From the NCBI GenBank assembly GCA_903859215.1, contig CAIOLW010000144.1, positions 629-64,628 on the forward strand: a DNA stretch of 64,000 nucleotides, written 5' to 3'. Position 1 is the first letter of the stretch, and the number at the start of each line of letters is the position of its first letter. Position numbers and translations under genes: made by a program. The notes under the pieces are model-generated. The model made no database searches. It was not told where the DNA came from and worked only from the letters and a program-made list of their open reading frames with translations. The stretch is from an uncultured bacterium. GTDB lineage: Bacteria; Krumholzibacteriota; Krumholzibacteriia; LZORAL124-64-63. Below are positions 9,600 through 19,764 of this stretch, piece after piece.

Positions 9600-12464
9600 T
9601 CAGCCGAGCAGCCCCCGGAGCATCTGCCCGGTGTAGGAGCCGGGACAGGCCGCGATGTCGTCGACCGAACCGGCAGCGACCAGCTTGCCGCCCCCCACGC
9701 CGCCCTCCGGGCCCAGGTCGATGACGTGGTCGGCGCGGCGGATGACCTCGCCGTTGTGCTCGATGACGATCACGGTGTTGCCGTGCTCGAGCAGGCGGGC
9801 CAGGACCGCCAGCAGCCGGTCGACGTCGCAGAAATGAAGACCCGTGGTCGGTTCGTCCAGGATGTAGACGGTGTGGCGCTGCCCGCCGCGGGCCAGTTCG
9901 CGCACCAGCTTCAGGCGCTGCGCCTCGCCGCCCGAGAGCGTGCCGCCGGACTGCCCCAGCCGCAGGTAGTCCAGCCCCACGCCCTGCATCACCTCGAGCA
10001 CGCGCCGGCAGGCGGGAATGTTGGCCAGTTCCTCGTGCGCGCGCGAGACGGGCATGTCCAGGAAGTCGGCGATCGAGTGCCCCTTGAAGTGCACCTCGAG
10101 CGTCTCGCGGTCGAAGCGCTTGCCGCCGCACTCCTCGCAGGGGATCTCGACGTCCGGCAGGAAGTCCATCGTCAGGCGCCTGAGGCCGGCGCCCTCGCAG
10201 ACGCGGCAGCGGCCGCCGTCGGTGTTGAAGCTGAAGCGTCCCGCGCCGTAGCCCCGCATGCGCGCGAGCGTGGTCTGGGCGAACACGTTGCGCAGGTGGT
10301 TGTAGAGGCCGGTGTAGGTGGCCGGCGTCGAGCGCGGCGAGCGCCCGATGGGCGACTGGTCGACCAGCACGACGCCGAAGATGTCCTCGTCGCCCTCCAT
10401 GCCGGCAAACGGCGCCGGGTCGCGGCGCGCCCCGTGCTTGCTGGCGGCCAGCGCGCGGTAGAGCGTCTCGTGCACGGCCGTGCTCTTGCCCGAGCCGGAC
10501 ACGCCGGTGACGACGGTCAACCGGCCGAGCGGGATCTCCAGGTCGATGCCCTGCAGGTTGCGGCCCCGCAGGTCGCGCAGGCGCAGCCAGCGGTCGTCCG
10601 GCGAGCGGCCGGTCAGCGGCTCGGCGGGCCCCTTGCCCACGCGCCCGGCCAGGTAGTCGCCGGTCGGCGAGCCGACCGTGGCGCAGACCTCGGCCACCGT
10701 GCCCTGCGCCATCAACTGGCCGCCGTGCTCGCCGGCGCCGGGGCCCAGGTCGAGCAGGTGGTCGGCCGCCAGCATGATGTCCCGGTCGTGTTCGACGACG
10801 ATGACGGAATTGCCGCGGTCGCGCAGCGCGCGCAGCGTCTCGATCAGCCGGCCGATGTCGCGGTGGTGCAGGCCGACGCTCGGCTCGTCCAGGATGTACA
10901 GCACCCCGCGCAGCTGCGAACCGACCTGCGTCGCCAGGCGCACGCGCTGGCCCTCGCCGCCGGACAGCGACGACGTGCCGCGCGACAGCGACAGGTAGCT
11001 GACCCCCACCTGCAGCAGGAAGCGCAGGCGGTTGCGGATCTGGTCGAGCACGGGCCCGGCCACCAGGCGATCGCGTTCGCCGGTGAACTCCAGCGCCGTC
11101 ACCCACTCGGCGAAGCGGTCCAGCGTCAGCGCCGCGGCCTCGCCGATGTGCAGCCCGCCCACGCGCACGTTGAGCGCCTCGTCGCGCAGGCGGTAGCCCT
11201 CGCACGCGGTGCAGGGCAGCTCGGTCATCATCTTCTCGAGCGACTGCCGGATCTTCTCCGACTTCGTCTCGCGATGGCGCCGCACCAGCTCGGGCACCAG
11301 GCCCGCCCAGTCGCGCAGGAACGCGTTGTAGAGCTTGTGGTCCTTCAGGTCGCGGGTCATCGCCGCCGTCAGCCCGTGCAGCAGGCCCTGCTTCACGCGC
11401 GCCGGCAGCTTCGACCAGGGCGCGTCCAGGTCCGCGTCCATGGCGCCGACCAGCGCCTCGCACTGCACGTACAGCCAGTTGGACGGCTTGCCCTTCAGGA
11501 AGGCGATGGCGCCGTCGCGCACCGAGATCGACTCGTCGGGCACCACGGCTTCGGGACGGATGGTGCGCAGCGAGCCGAGCCCGTTGCACTCGGGGCACGA
11601 GCCGGCCGGCGAGTTGAACGAGAACAGCCGGGGCTCCGGCGACGGGAAGCCGCGCCCGCAGCCCGGGCACGACGACTGCTTGCTGTACCACGTCTCGCGC
11701 TCGCCGGCGCGCACGATGACCGTGCCCTCGCCCAGTTCGGCGGCGCGGTCGAGCGCCGCCCGCAGCCGGTCGGCGACGCCCGGGCGCCAGACCAGCCCGT
11801 CGACCACCACCGCGATGTCGTGGGACTTGCCCTTGGCCAGTTCGAGGTCGTCGTCCAGTTCGCAGAGCTCGCCGTCGACCAGCGCGCGCACGAAGCCCTG
11901 CCGCGACAGGTCGGCCAGCAGCTGCTTGTGCTCGCCCTTGCGCCCGCGCACGACGGGCGCCAGCAGGTAGATGCGCGTGCCCTCGGGCAGCGCCGCGATC
12001 TCGTCGTGGATGTCCGACAGCGGGCGGCCGCTGGCCGGCACGTCGCAGTCGGGGCAGTGCACGACGCCGCAGCGCGCGTAGAGCAGGCGCAGGAAGTTGT
12101 AGATCTCGGTGACCGTGCCGACCGTCGAGCGCGGGCTGCGCCCGAGTCCCTTCTGGTCGATGGCCAGCGCCGGCGACAGCCCGTCGATGCGGTCGACGTC
12201 CGGCTTGGACAGCTGGTCGAGGAACTGGTGGGCGTAGGACGACAGGCTCTCGATGTAGCGGCGCTGGCCCTCGGCGTACAGCGTGTCGAAGGCCAGCGAC
12301 GACTTGCCCGAGCCGCTGGGCCCGGTCACCACGACGAGCCGGCGGCGCGGGATCTCCAGGTCCAGGTTGCGCAGGTTGTGCACGCGCACACCCCGCACGG
12401 AGATCACTCCCCACGGGGCGTCGAGCGGCGGTCGGCCGGGCTGTCCGGACGGGGGCTTCGTCAC
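9600..12464 (-). CDS. uvrA: Excinuclease ABC subunit A
   Basis: Two ABC modules ([23 protein letters not shown] and GVSGSGKST), zinc fingers, two LSGGE signatures and a UvrB-binding region ([13 protein letters not shown]). Confidence 0.97.
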   Translation of the reverse strand: MTKPPSGQPGRPPLDAPWGVISVRGVRVHNLRNLDLEIPRRRLVVVTGPSGSGKSSLAFDTLYAEGQRRYIESLSSYAHQFLDQLSKPDVDRIDGLSPALAIDQKGLGRSPRSTVGTVTEIYNFLRLLYARCGVVHCPDCDVPASGRPLSDIHDEIAALPEGTRIYLLAPVVRGRKGEHKQLLADLSRQGFVRALVDGELCELDDDLELAKGKSHDIAVVVDGLVWRPGVADRLRAALDRAAELGEGTVIVRAGERETWYSKQSSCPGCGRGFPSPEPRLFSFNSPAGSCPECNGLGSLRTIRPEAVVPDESISVRDGAIAFLKGKPSNWLYVQCEALVGAMDADLDAPWSKLPARVKQGLLHGLTAAMTRDLKDHKLYNAFLRDWAGLVPELVRRHRETKSEKIRQSLEKMMTELPCTACEGYRLRDEALNVRVGGLHIGEAAALTLDRFAEWVTALEFTGERDRLVAGPVLDQIRNRLRFLLQVGVSYLSLSRGTSSLSGGEGQRVRLATQVGSQLRGVLYILDEPSVGLHHRDIGRLIETLRALRDRGNSVIVVEHDRDIMLAADHLLDLGPGAGEHGGQLMAQGTVAEVCATVGSPTGDYLAGRVGKGPAEPLTGRSPDDRWLRLRDLRGRNLQGIDLEIPLGRLTVVTGVSGSGKSTAVHETLYRALAASKHGARRDPAPFAGMEGDEDIFGVVLVDQSPIGRSPRSTPATYTGLYNHLRNVFAQTTLARMRGYGAGRFSFNTDGGRCRVCEGAGLRRLTMDFLPDVEIPCEECGGKRFDRETLEVHFKGHSIADFLDMPVSRAHEELANIPACRRVLEVMQGVGLDYLRLGQSGGTLSGGEAQRLKLVRELARGGQRHTVYILDEPTTGLHFCDVDRLLAVLARLLEHGNTVIVIEHNGEVIRRADHVIDLGPEGGVGGGKLVAAGSVDDIAACPGSYTGQMLRGLLG

Positions 12465-12512
12465 GCGTCCACCATCATGTGTTGTCCGCCATCAAGCTGC
12501 CGTGGGCGGTGT

Positions 12513-13313
12513 TCAGCGCACGTCCTTCAGGGGCGCCGGCAGGGCGTCCCAGGCGGCGCGCTCGGCCTTGGTCAGGCCGTCGGTCCCTTCGAGCACCGTC
12601 GTCGCGATGACCTGCACCGGCACGGCCGGCGCCTCGCGCCCGCCCGGGGCCTGCTCGGCGGTGACGATCTTGTCGACGACATCCATCCCCGTGACCGCGT
12701 GCCCGAACACGGTGTAGCTGCGGTCCAGGAACGGCACCTCGTCGACGCAGATGAAGAACTGGCTGCCGGCCGAATCGAGGGGCTGCGCGCGCGCCATGCT
12801 GAGCGTGCCGCGCGCGTGGTGCGCGGGCGAGAACTCGGCCTTCAGCAGCGCCGTGTTGTTCGGCCCGGTCACGTAGCCCTTGGCCGTGAGCATTGCGGCG
12901 GCCTGCGCCGGGTCCAGCTGCGAGTACTGCTGCCACTCCTGCTCGCTCAGCACGTCGCGGACGAACGGGCCGCCCGTGCCGTCGTTGTTCGGGTCGTCGT
13001 CCTTCGTCAGCGGGTCGCCGCCCTGGATCACGAAGCCCGGCACGATGCGATGGAAACGCGTTCCCGCATAGAAGCCGCTGCTCGACAGCTGCGTGAAGTT
13101 CGCGACGTGGTGCGGCGCCAGCCCGGGGTACATCACCAGCAGGATGTCGCCCTTCTCCGTCTGGAAGCGGACGAACAGGGGCGCGGCAGCCTTGCCCGGG
13201 GGCGCGGCCGGCGTGGCCTTCTCCTCGGAGGGCCCGGCCGCAGCCATGGTGACGATGGACGTCGCCAGCACCATGGCCAGCAGGACGCGGATCGCGATGG
13301 AAACGGGACGCAT
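12513..13313 (-). CDS. Cyclophilin-type peptidyl-prolyl isomerase, exported
   Basis: [39 protein letters not shown] and YTVFG motifs, with an N-terminal signal peptide. Confidence 0.93.
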   Translation of the reverse strand: MRPVSIAIRVLLAMVLATSIVTMAAAGPSEEKATPAAPPGKAAAPLFVRFQTEKGDILLVMYPGLAPHHVANFTQLSSSGFYAGTRFHRIVPGFVIQGGDPLTKDDDPNNDGTGGPFVRDVLSEQEWQQYSQLDPAQAAAMLTAKGYVTGPNNTALLKAEFSPAHHARGTLSMARAQPLDSAGSQFFICVDEVPFLDRSYTVFGHAVTGMDVVDKIVTAEQAPGGREAPAVPVQVIATTVLEGTDGLTKAERAAWDALPAPLKDVR

Positions 13314-13762
13314 GTCGCCTCCGGGGGCTCGCGGGCGGTCCGGCGGCCGCCTGGCGCGGGGAATGGATGACGCATCGGGGGCCGGAATCGGGCGCGAACG
13401 CCGGGGCTTCGCGTCGGTTCCCGGACCGACCCCGGATGATAACCCCTGCGGGGGGCAACGGCCAGCCTGCGCCGGCGGGCGCGGCGGCGGGGTCGCCCCT
13501 CGCCGAGGCCCCGGCCGGCCGTCCCGCGGGCGGTTTCGCGTCGTTTCCCGACGTTTCCCGTCGGGGCGCCCCGTTCCCCGCCGGGCGGCCGCTCCCCGCC
13601 CGGGCGCAATTGCGGTAAATCAGACGCCTATCCGTCCGATAAATGGAGCGAACCCCCGGGCCCGGCGCCCCAGGTCCGGGTGTCGGGCGTTGCCCTTTAT
13701 CTAGCCGGCCGGACGCATGGATCCGGACGGCGACGGCACCCTCGAAGGCAGGTGGCACGCAG

Positions 13763-15841
13763 ATGAAATCCCGCACCCTGATGATCGCGCCGGTGTTGTG
13801 CCTGGCGGTCCTCGCCCCGACGCGGCCTGCGGGCGCCGCCCTCCCGGCCGCGGCCGCGAACACCCACACGGTGACCGCGCCGCTGGACACGCTCATCACC
13901 GAGCCGCTGGTCTCCGTGCCGGACCCGCGCTACGCGCAGCCCCACGTGGAGATCAGCCGGCGCGTGCTGCCGACGGTGACCGGCAGCGCGGCGCAGACCG
14001 GGCGCCTGACGAAGCAACCGCCGCGGCTGGACGATCCCCTCGGCGCGGCCGTCGCCTACCGCCTGGCACGCCAGGCCGCCGCGGCCGACAACCCGGGCGG
14101 CGCGATGACCAACATGGCGGACGCACTCAATGCCGCGCCCGACCAGCCGCGCTACCGGATGTGGTCCGCCGCGCGCTCCGTGCGCATGCTCGACACCGCG
14201 ACGCTGGCCAAGGTGCTGCCGGCGTCGGTGCGCAGCCTGGTCGACTCGCCGATCGCCCGCGGCCCGCTCGTGGTCGCCACGCACCAGGCGCTGCTGCTGG
14301 GCACCACCATCTTCTGGACGCTGCTCGTGGCCGCCCTGTGGCTCGGCCGCTGGCCGCTGCTGGCGCACGACCTGTCGGCCGCTTTCCTGAAGGACCGCCG
14401 CCACCGGCCGCGCCTGGTGATGCCGGCGCTGATCCTGATCGTGGCGCTGCTGCTGCGCCCGGGCTGGCTGGGCCTGCTGGCGCTGCTGTCGGTGCCGGTG
14501 CTCGTGCGCACGCGCGGTCGGCGCCACAACCTGCTGCTGCTGACCTGGCTGTGCGCGCTGTGCCTGACGTTCCCGAACTGGCCGCTGCTGCGCTCGGCGG
14601 TGCCCGTGATCGACCCCGAAAGCGAAGTCACGCTGCTGCAGCAGGGCTGCACGATGCCGCCGACGGCCTCGCTGATCAATGCGCTCGGCCAGCATCTGGC
14701 CGGGGCCGATGAGCCCGCGCGCAAGGCGCGCCTGCTGACCGCGCTGGGGATCCAGGAGGCGCGCCGCGGCGCGTTCGCCGCCAGCAACGAGCGCTTCGAG
14801 GCCGCGCTGAAGAACGAACCGCACGCGTTCGCCGCCACCGTCGGCCTGGCGAACAACCGCTACTACCTGGGTGAACTCGACGAGTCCGCCGCCGCCTACC
14901 GTGACGCCGAGGCGCGCTGGCCGAAACGCGGCGAGATCCCGTACAACCTGGCGCAGGTGCAGTTCAAGAAGCTGTTCGTGCCCGAGGCGACGGCCTCGCT
15001 GGACAGGGCGCGTCTGCAGGGCTTCGACCCGCCGCACGCCAACCGCGAACCCAATCCCCGCGGCGGCTTCTCGGCCGTGGTGTACCCGGGCCTGACGAAC
15101 CAGCAGTTGACCGCGGCCTGCGCCTCGGAAGGCGCCGGCTACCCGCCGCTGGTGACCGTCTCGGCCTGGCGCAACCTGCTGGGCGCGCCGCCGGTGCCCC
15201 TGTTCCTGCTGGTCGGCGGCCCGCTGCTGCTGGGCCTGCTGGGCACGGCCTGGGCCGGCCGCAAGGCGCGCTACGCGCACGAGTGCGACAACTGCGGCGC
15301 CCCGCTCTGCCGCGCCTGCAGCGGCGTGCACGACGGCGCCTGCCTGTGCGCCGCGTGCAACGAGACGGCGATCCGCTCGCGCAGCGACCTGGTGCTGGGC
15401 ACGCTGCTGAAGAACCGCGGCCGCACCGAAGGCCTGGCCTACTCGGCGCGCATCGTGCGCATGGGCCGCATCATCCCCGGCAGCGGCCACCTGGCCACGG
15501 GCTGTTTCTGGGGCGGCTGGATGCGCCTGGCCATGGTCGCGTTCGGCCTGTTCCTGATCGCGGCGGCCTGGGCCTTCGACCCCGGCGCCGAGTGGAACAC
15601 GCCCGGCCTGTTGCTGCCGAACGAGGCGATCAACCCGGCCTGGTTCCCGCTGCCGTCGGCCGCGTGGCCCGGCCTGCACGGGCTCCCGGTCGTGCTGGGC
15701 GCAACGCTCCTGGTCCTGGTCTGGCTGACCGCGCTGCTGGACGCCCCGACGCTGCGGCGTCGCCTGCACGAGCGCTTCACCACGATCACCGGCAATGCGA
15801 AGAAACAACCGGCCCGGCGCGCGGGCGCCGGCGCCCGTTAA
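13763..15841 (+). CDS. Membrane protein with TPR-like repeats and a B-box-like zinc finger
   Basis: Likely start ATG 13763. Signal peptide, several TM segments, TPR-like helices (LGIQEARRGAFAASNERFEAAL; LANNRYYLGELDESAAAYRDA; YNLAQV) and a Cys cluster CDNCGAPLCRAC...CLCAAC. Confidence 0.75.
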   Translation: MKSRTLMIAPVLCLAVLAPTRPAGAALPAAAANTHTVTAPLDTLITEPLVSVPDPRYAQPHVEISRRVLPTVTGSAAQTGRLTKQPPRLDDPLGAAVAYRLARQAAAADNPGGAMTNMADALNAAPDQPRYRMWSAARSVRMLDTATLAKVLPASVRSLVDSPIARGPLVVATHQALLLGTTIFWTLLVAALWLGRWPLLAHDLSAAFLKDRRHRPRLVMPALILIVALLLRPGWLGLLALLSVPVLVRTRGRRHNLLLLTWLCALCLTFPNWPLLRSAVPVIDPESEVTLLQQGCTMPPTASLINALGQHLAGADEPARKARLLTALGIQEARRGAFAASNERFEAALKNEPHAFAATVGLANNRYYLGELDESAAAYRDAEARWPKRGEIPYNLAQVQFKKLFVPEATASLDRARLQGFDPPHANREPNPRGGFSAVVYPGLTNQQLTAACASEGAGYPPLVTVSAWRNLLGAPPVPLFLLVGGPLLLGLLGTAWAGRKARYAHECDNCGAPLCRACSGVHDGACLCAACNETAIRSRSDLVLGTLLKNRGRTEGLAYSARIVRMGRIIPGSGHLATGCFWGGWMRLAMVAFGLFLIAAAWAFDPGAEWNTPGLLLPNEAINPAWFPLPSAAWPGLHGLPVVLGATLLVLVWLTALLDAPTLRRRLHERFTTITGNAKKQPARRAGAGAR

Positions 15842-15853
15842 CGGAGGTCGACC

Positions 15854-16924
15854 ATGGCCCTCGAAGGCCAACTGAGCGATTTCAACCTGGCGGAGATCCT
15901 CCAGTTGCTGGCCAGCCAGCAGAAGACCGGCTTCCTGCACATCGAGGCCGGCCGCAACCTGGTCTTCGTGTTCGAGAAGGGCGTGCTGATTTCCACGCGG
16001 GACCGGCGCAACCAGGAGCGCGACCCGCTCGAGAGCTACCTGCGCGCCTACGGGTGGTTCACGGACGCGCAGTGGAAGCACATCGAGTACGTGGGCCAGA
16101 ACAGCTCGCTGGACCTCACCGAGATCCTCGTCTCGGAGGGCCTGGCGGACACGGCCGAGCTGGAACGCGTGCTGCGCGGCCTGGCCCAGGAGATGACCCA
16201 CGCCGGCATGAAGCTGAACCGGGGCAGCTACCAGTTCAGCGCGTGCAAGGACACGCCGCCGGGCGTTAAGCACCGCCTCAACGTCGACGTGCAGGGCCTT
16301 TTGATGGAAGCCGCCCGGCGCATGGACGAAGAACCGCTGCTGAAGGAGGACCTGCCTTCGCAGTCGATCACGTTCACCGCCGGCCGCAAGGTGATGGCGC
16401 CCGAGGCGCTGTCGCCCACGGCGCAGCGCGTCATGGAGCTGGCGCTGTCGGGCCTGCCGCTCGGCCGCATCATTCGCCAGGGACGCGCCGAGAGCTTCGT
16501 CGTGCGCGACCTGCTGAAGAACTGGTGCCGCGACGACGTGTTGGTGCGCCACCTGCCGGTCGAAGACGATGCCGACGGCGTGGACGGCGGGCGCGGGCTG
16601 TCGCTGGCGCGCGGCCCGGCCCTGCGCTCGGCGAAGGCGGCCGCCGCCATCGCGCTGCTCACCGGCACGCTGGTCATCGCGCGCTGGGTGGCCTTCCCCC
16701 TGGCCACGGAGGACCCGGGCCGCGAGCTGCGCCTGGCGCAGCTGCGGCAGGAAGTCGTCACCGCGGCGCAACTCTACCGCTACCAGCAGGGCCAGTGGCC
16801 GCAGGACCTGCAGTCGCTGGTGCGCGCCGGCCAGCTCGAGGTCAAGGTCCTGCGGACGGTCGAGGGTCTCGGCTGGCGCTACACGCTGCAGGCCGACCGC
16901 GACGCTTTCAGCCTGGACTCCTGA
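15854..16924 (+). CDS. DUF4388 (PatA-N) domain protein with C-terminal TM segment and pilin-like segment
   Basis: MALEGQLSDFNLAEILQLLASQQKTGFL...F.KG and LLMEAARRMDE are DUF4388 hallmarks. Strong RBS GGAGG. Confidence 0.85.
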   Translation: MALEGQLSDFNLAEILQLLASQQKTGFLHIEAGRNLVFVFEKGVLISTRDRRNQERDPLESYLRAYGWFTDAQWKHIEYVGQNSSLDLTEILVSEGLADTAELERVLRGLAQEMTHAGMKLNRGSYQFSACKDTPPGVKHRLNVDVQGLLMEAARRMDEEPLLKEDLPSQSITFTAGRKVMAPEALSPTAQRVMELALSGLPLGRIIRQGRAESFVVRDLLKNWCRDDVLVRHLPVEDDADGVDGGRGLSLARGPALRSAKAAAAIALLTGTLVIARWVAFPLATEDPGRELRLAQLRQEVVTAAQLYRYQQGQWPQDLQSLVRAGQLEVKVLRTVEGLGWRYTLQADRDAFSLDS

Positions 16925-16941
16925 CGTCCGGGGCCCGAAAC

Positions 16942-16973
16942 GGGGCGGCGTTCCGGGAACGGAACGCCGCCCC
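16942..16973 (+). terminator. Probable intrinsic terminator hairpin
   Basis: GGGGCGGCGTTCCG-ggaa-CGGAACGCCGCCCC, a 14-bp perfect stem followed by a pyrimidine-rich tail, just after the DUF4388 stop. Confidence 0.65.
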
Positions 16974-17090
16974 TGCTTGTTCCTTGCTTCCGGCCGCGAA
17001 ACGGTTTAACTGGAAGCACGTCAGGCCCCGGCCCGGCGCGTCGCGCCGCCGCCCCGAATCCACCTTGTCCTTTCGCCCCGGAAGGCCGCC

Positions 17091-18314
17091 ATGAACGACC
17101 AGACCCCGGCCGCTGCCCCGTTCATCGTGCCGTGCAGCGAACGCGTCTCGAACCTGCCGCCCTACGTCTTCGCCACGCTGTTCCGCATGCGCGACGAGGC
17201 CGTGGCTGCCGGCCGCGACGTCATCGACCTGAGCGTCGGCAACCCGGACGTGCGCCCGGCGCCGGCGGTGCTGGCCGCGCTGACCGGCTCGCTCGAGGAT
17301 GACAGCTGGAATGTCCACCGCTACGGCACCTTCAACGGCCTGCCGCGCTTCCGCGAGGCCATCGCCGCCTGGTACTTCGAGCGCTTCGGCGTGCGGATCG
17401 AACCGCACACGCAGTCGCTGCCGCTGATCGGCTCGAAGGAGGGCCTGGCCAACCTGATGCGCGCCTACCTGAACCCGGGCGACGCCATCATCCTGCCGAG
17501 CCCGTGCTACCCCGCCTACTTCGGCGCGGCGCACCTGTGCGAGGCGGAGATCTTCGAGCTGAAGCTGCGCGAGGAGGACGGCTTCGTCCCTCGGCTGGAG
17601 GACATCCCGGCCGACGTCGCCACGCGAGCGAAAATGCTCATCCTGAACTACCCGAACAACCCGACCGGCGGCGTGGTCGACCTGGCGTTCTTCGCCAAGG
17701 CCGTCGACTGGTGCCGGACGCACCGCGTGATGCTGGTCAGCGACGCGGCCTACACCGAGCTGGGCTATGACACGGAGAACCCGCCCCCGAGCGTGCTGCA
17801 GGTGCCGGGCGCCTTCGACGTGGCGATCGAGTTCCAGAGCCTGAGCAAGAGCCACAACCTGGCCGGCTGGCGCGTGGGCTTCGCCGTGGGCGCCGCCGAA
17901 CCCATCGGCGTGCTGGCCAAGCTGAAGAGCCACGTCGATTTCTCGCTCTTCGGCGGCATCCAGATGGCCGCGGTGGCGGCGCTCCGGTACGGCGGGCAGA
18001 CGGTGCGCGACAACCGCGCGCTGTACCTGCACCGGCGCAACCAGATGGTGGCCGGCTACCGCAAGCTGGGCTGGCAGGTGCCGACGCCGCCCGCCACGCT
18101 GTACATCTGGGCGCGCATCCCCGCAGCGTGGGGCGACGACGACTTCACCTTCGTGCGCGACGTGTTCGCCAGGACCGGCGTGCTGCTCTCGCCGGGCAGC
18201 GGCTTCGGCGTGCACGGGCGCGGCTACTGCCGCACCTCGCTGGTGGCGCCGGACGCGCAGATCACGAAGGTGATGGGATTGCTGGAGGGCGCGGGCTTCG
18301 ACTGGAGCCGGTAA
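17091..18314 (+). CDS. Class I/II PLP-dependent aminotransferase (LL-DAP aminotransferase / AlaC-like)
   Basis: LPPYVF, IDLSVGNPD, GSKEGLA, LNYPNNPTG, DAAY and SLSKSHNLAGWRVGF motifs. Confidence 0.92.
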   Translation: MNDQTPAAAPFIVPCSERVSNLPPYVFATLFRMRDEAVAAGRDVIDLSVGNPDVRPAPAVLAALTGSLEDDSWNVHRYGTFNGLPRFREAIAAWYFERFGVRIEPHTQSLPLIGSKEGLANLMRAYLNPGDAIILPSPCYPAYFGAAHLCEAEIFELKLREEDGFVPRLEDIPADVATRAKMLILNYPNNPTGGVVDLAFFAKAVDWCRTHRVMLVSDAAYTELGYDTENPPPSVLQVPGAFDVAIEFQSLSKSHNLAGWRVGFAVGAAEPIGVLAKLKSHVDFSLFGGIQMAAVAALRYGGQTVRDNRALYLHRRNQMVAGYRKLGWQVPTPPATLYIWARIPAAWGDDDFTFVRDVFARTGVLLSPGSGFGVHGRGYCRTSLVAPDAQITKVMGLLEGAGFDWSR

Positions 18315-18360
18315 AGGAAACGGCGCCGGGGTTGCCGGCGCCGAGGCGCGATCACGAGGC

Positions 18361-18385
18361 GGCGGCGGCTGGAAGAGTCGCCGCC
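18361..18385. terminator. Hairpin between convergent genes
   Basis: GGCGGCGGCT-ggaag-AGTCGCCGCC followed by GTCTTCTT, between the aminotransferase and peptidase stop codons. Confidence 0.5.
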
Positions 18386-18392
18386 GTCTTCT

Positions 18393-19751
18393 TCAATCCT
18401 CGCCGTCGTAGTCGTCGTCATCGTCGTCGTCCGCGTCCTCGCCCTCGGCGGGGCCGTGCACGGCGAACAGCAGGCGGTCGGGGTCGAACCAGGTGTTGGC
18501 GCAGCGCATGAGCTGCTCGTTGTCGACCTTGTCGATGCCGTCGACCAGCTCGGCCACCGGGACGAAGCGCCCGTAGTAGATCTCGTTGCGCGCCGAGCGG
18601 TACATCTGGTTGCTGACGCCGTCGAGCGAGAAGATCAGCTGCGACTTGAGCTGTGCCTTGTTGCTGTCCAGTTCGGCAGCGGGGATGCCGTCCGCCAGCA
18701 GGCGACGGTACTCCAGGCGGAGCACCTCCTCCAGGCGCGGCAGCTTCTCGGGCGAACACGAGCCCGAACAGCTGACCAGCCCGGTGTCGCGCCCCATGTC
18801 GTGGTAGTTGTAGATGGTGTAGGCCAGGCCCTCGCGTTCGCGCACGGACTGGAAGATGCGGCTGCTCATGCCGCCGCCCAGCACGTTGACCATCAGGTAG
18901 ATGGCCAGCCGGTCGGCGTGCCCGAACGACACGCCCAGGTTGCCCGCCTCGAAGTACGCCTGCAGGATGGGGCTGTGCAGGTCCAGGCGCAGCGGGTCGC
19001 CCTCGCTGTCGAGGTCGAGCGCCGGGTCGACGTACGCGGCCGCGCGGGCCGCCGAAGAACCGGTTGCCGGCGCCACGAGCGGCGCGCCGCTGCCCACGCC
19101 CGCGCCGCCGAACAGGGCGGCCACGCGGTCGCGGTCGGCCGGGCTGACGTTGCCCGCCAGGGACACGACCAGGTTGGGCGCCGAGAACAGGCGGGCGTGC
19201 TGCACGCGCAACACGTCGGGGCCGTACGAGCGCACCAGCGCCGGCGTGCCCAGGATGGGGCGGCCGCGCGGGTGCGTGCCGTAGATGCGCGAGGCGAACG
19301 CGTCGTGCAGGCGGTCTTCGGGAGTGTCCAGCGCTTCCTGGATCTCCTCGCAGACGACGTCCTGCTCGAGCGCGGTCAGGTCGGGCGCGAACGCGGGCTC
19401 GAGCAGCATCTCGGCCAGCAGGTCCGCCGCGATGTTGAAGTACTCGGGCAGCACCTTCACGGTGAAGGCCACGAGGTCCTTCGTCGTGAAGGCGTCGACC
19501 GCGGCGCCGATGGCGTCGAAGCCGGCGGCCAGATCGTAGGCGCTGCGCCGGACCGTACCCTTGAAGACCATGTGCTCGAGGAAATGCGAGATGCCGCCCA
19601 GGGCAGGCGGCTCCTCCTGGCTGCCGCGGCGCAGCCAGACGCCGAGCGTCACGGCGGTGGCTGTCGGCAGCGGCGCCGTCAGCAGCACCGCCCCGCCGGG
19701 GAGTTCCTCCCGGCGGGGCGGCGTCTCGTTCCTGTAAGGATCGAGGTTCAT
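18393..19751 (-). CDS. M16 family (pitrilysin-like) zinc peptidase
   Basis: Inverted zincin motif GISHFLEHMVFKGT and LGGGMSSRIFQSVREREGLAY. Sits downstream of pnp, as in many bacteria. Acidic C-terminal tail. Confidence 0.94.
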   Translation of the reverse strand: MNLDPYRNETPPRREELPGGAVLLTAPLPTATAVTLGVWLRRGSQEEPPALGGISHFLEHMVFKGTVRRSAYDLAAGFDAIGAAVDAFTTKDLVAFTVKVLPEYFNIAADLLAEMLLEPAFAPDLTALEQDVVCEEIQEALDTPEDRLHDAFASRIYGTHPRGRPILGTPALVRSYGPDVLRVQHARLFSAPNLVVSLAGNVSPADRDRVAALFGGAGVGSGAPLVAPATGSSAARAAAYVDPALDLDSEGDPLRLDLHSPILQAYFEAGNLGVSFGHADRLAIYLMVNVLGGGMSSRIFQSVREREGLAYTIYNYHDMGRDTGLVSCSGSCSPEKLPRLEEVLRLEYRRLLADGIPAAELDSNKAQLKSQLIFSLDGVSNQMYRSARNEIYYGRFVPVAELVDGIDKVDNEQLMRCANTWFDPDRLLFAVHGPAEGEDADDDDDDDYDGED

Positions 19752-19764
19752 CGACTATTACCGG

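Noticed and set aside
7911-13370. 1819-aa plus-strand ORF, and similar long ORFs such as 461..3178, 13697..16771, 45791..48673 and 55190..58294
   Set aside because: Antisense shadows of clearly identified genes in high-GC DNA, with no recognisable motifs.
13320-13760. GC-rich hairpins in the cyclophilin/TPR divergent region as an ncRNA
   Set aside because: Short stems are expected at this GC content, and no tRNA or known-RNA signature was seen.
15822-15838. GGGCGCCGGCGCCC as another copy of the 18-bp palindrome
   Set aside because: It shares only the GC core and lacks the ACTT/AAGT arms. It lies in coding sequence and is expected by chance.
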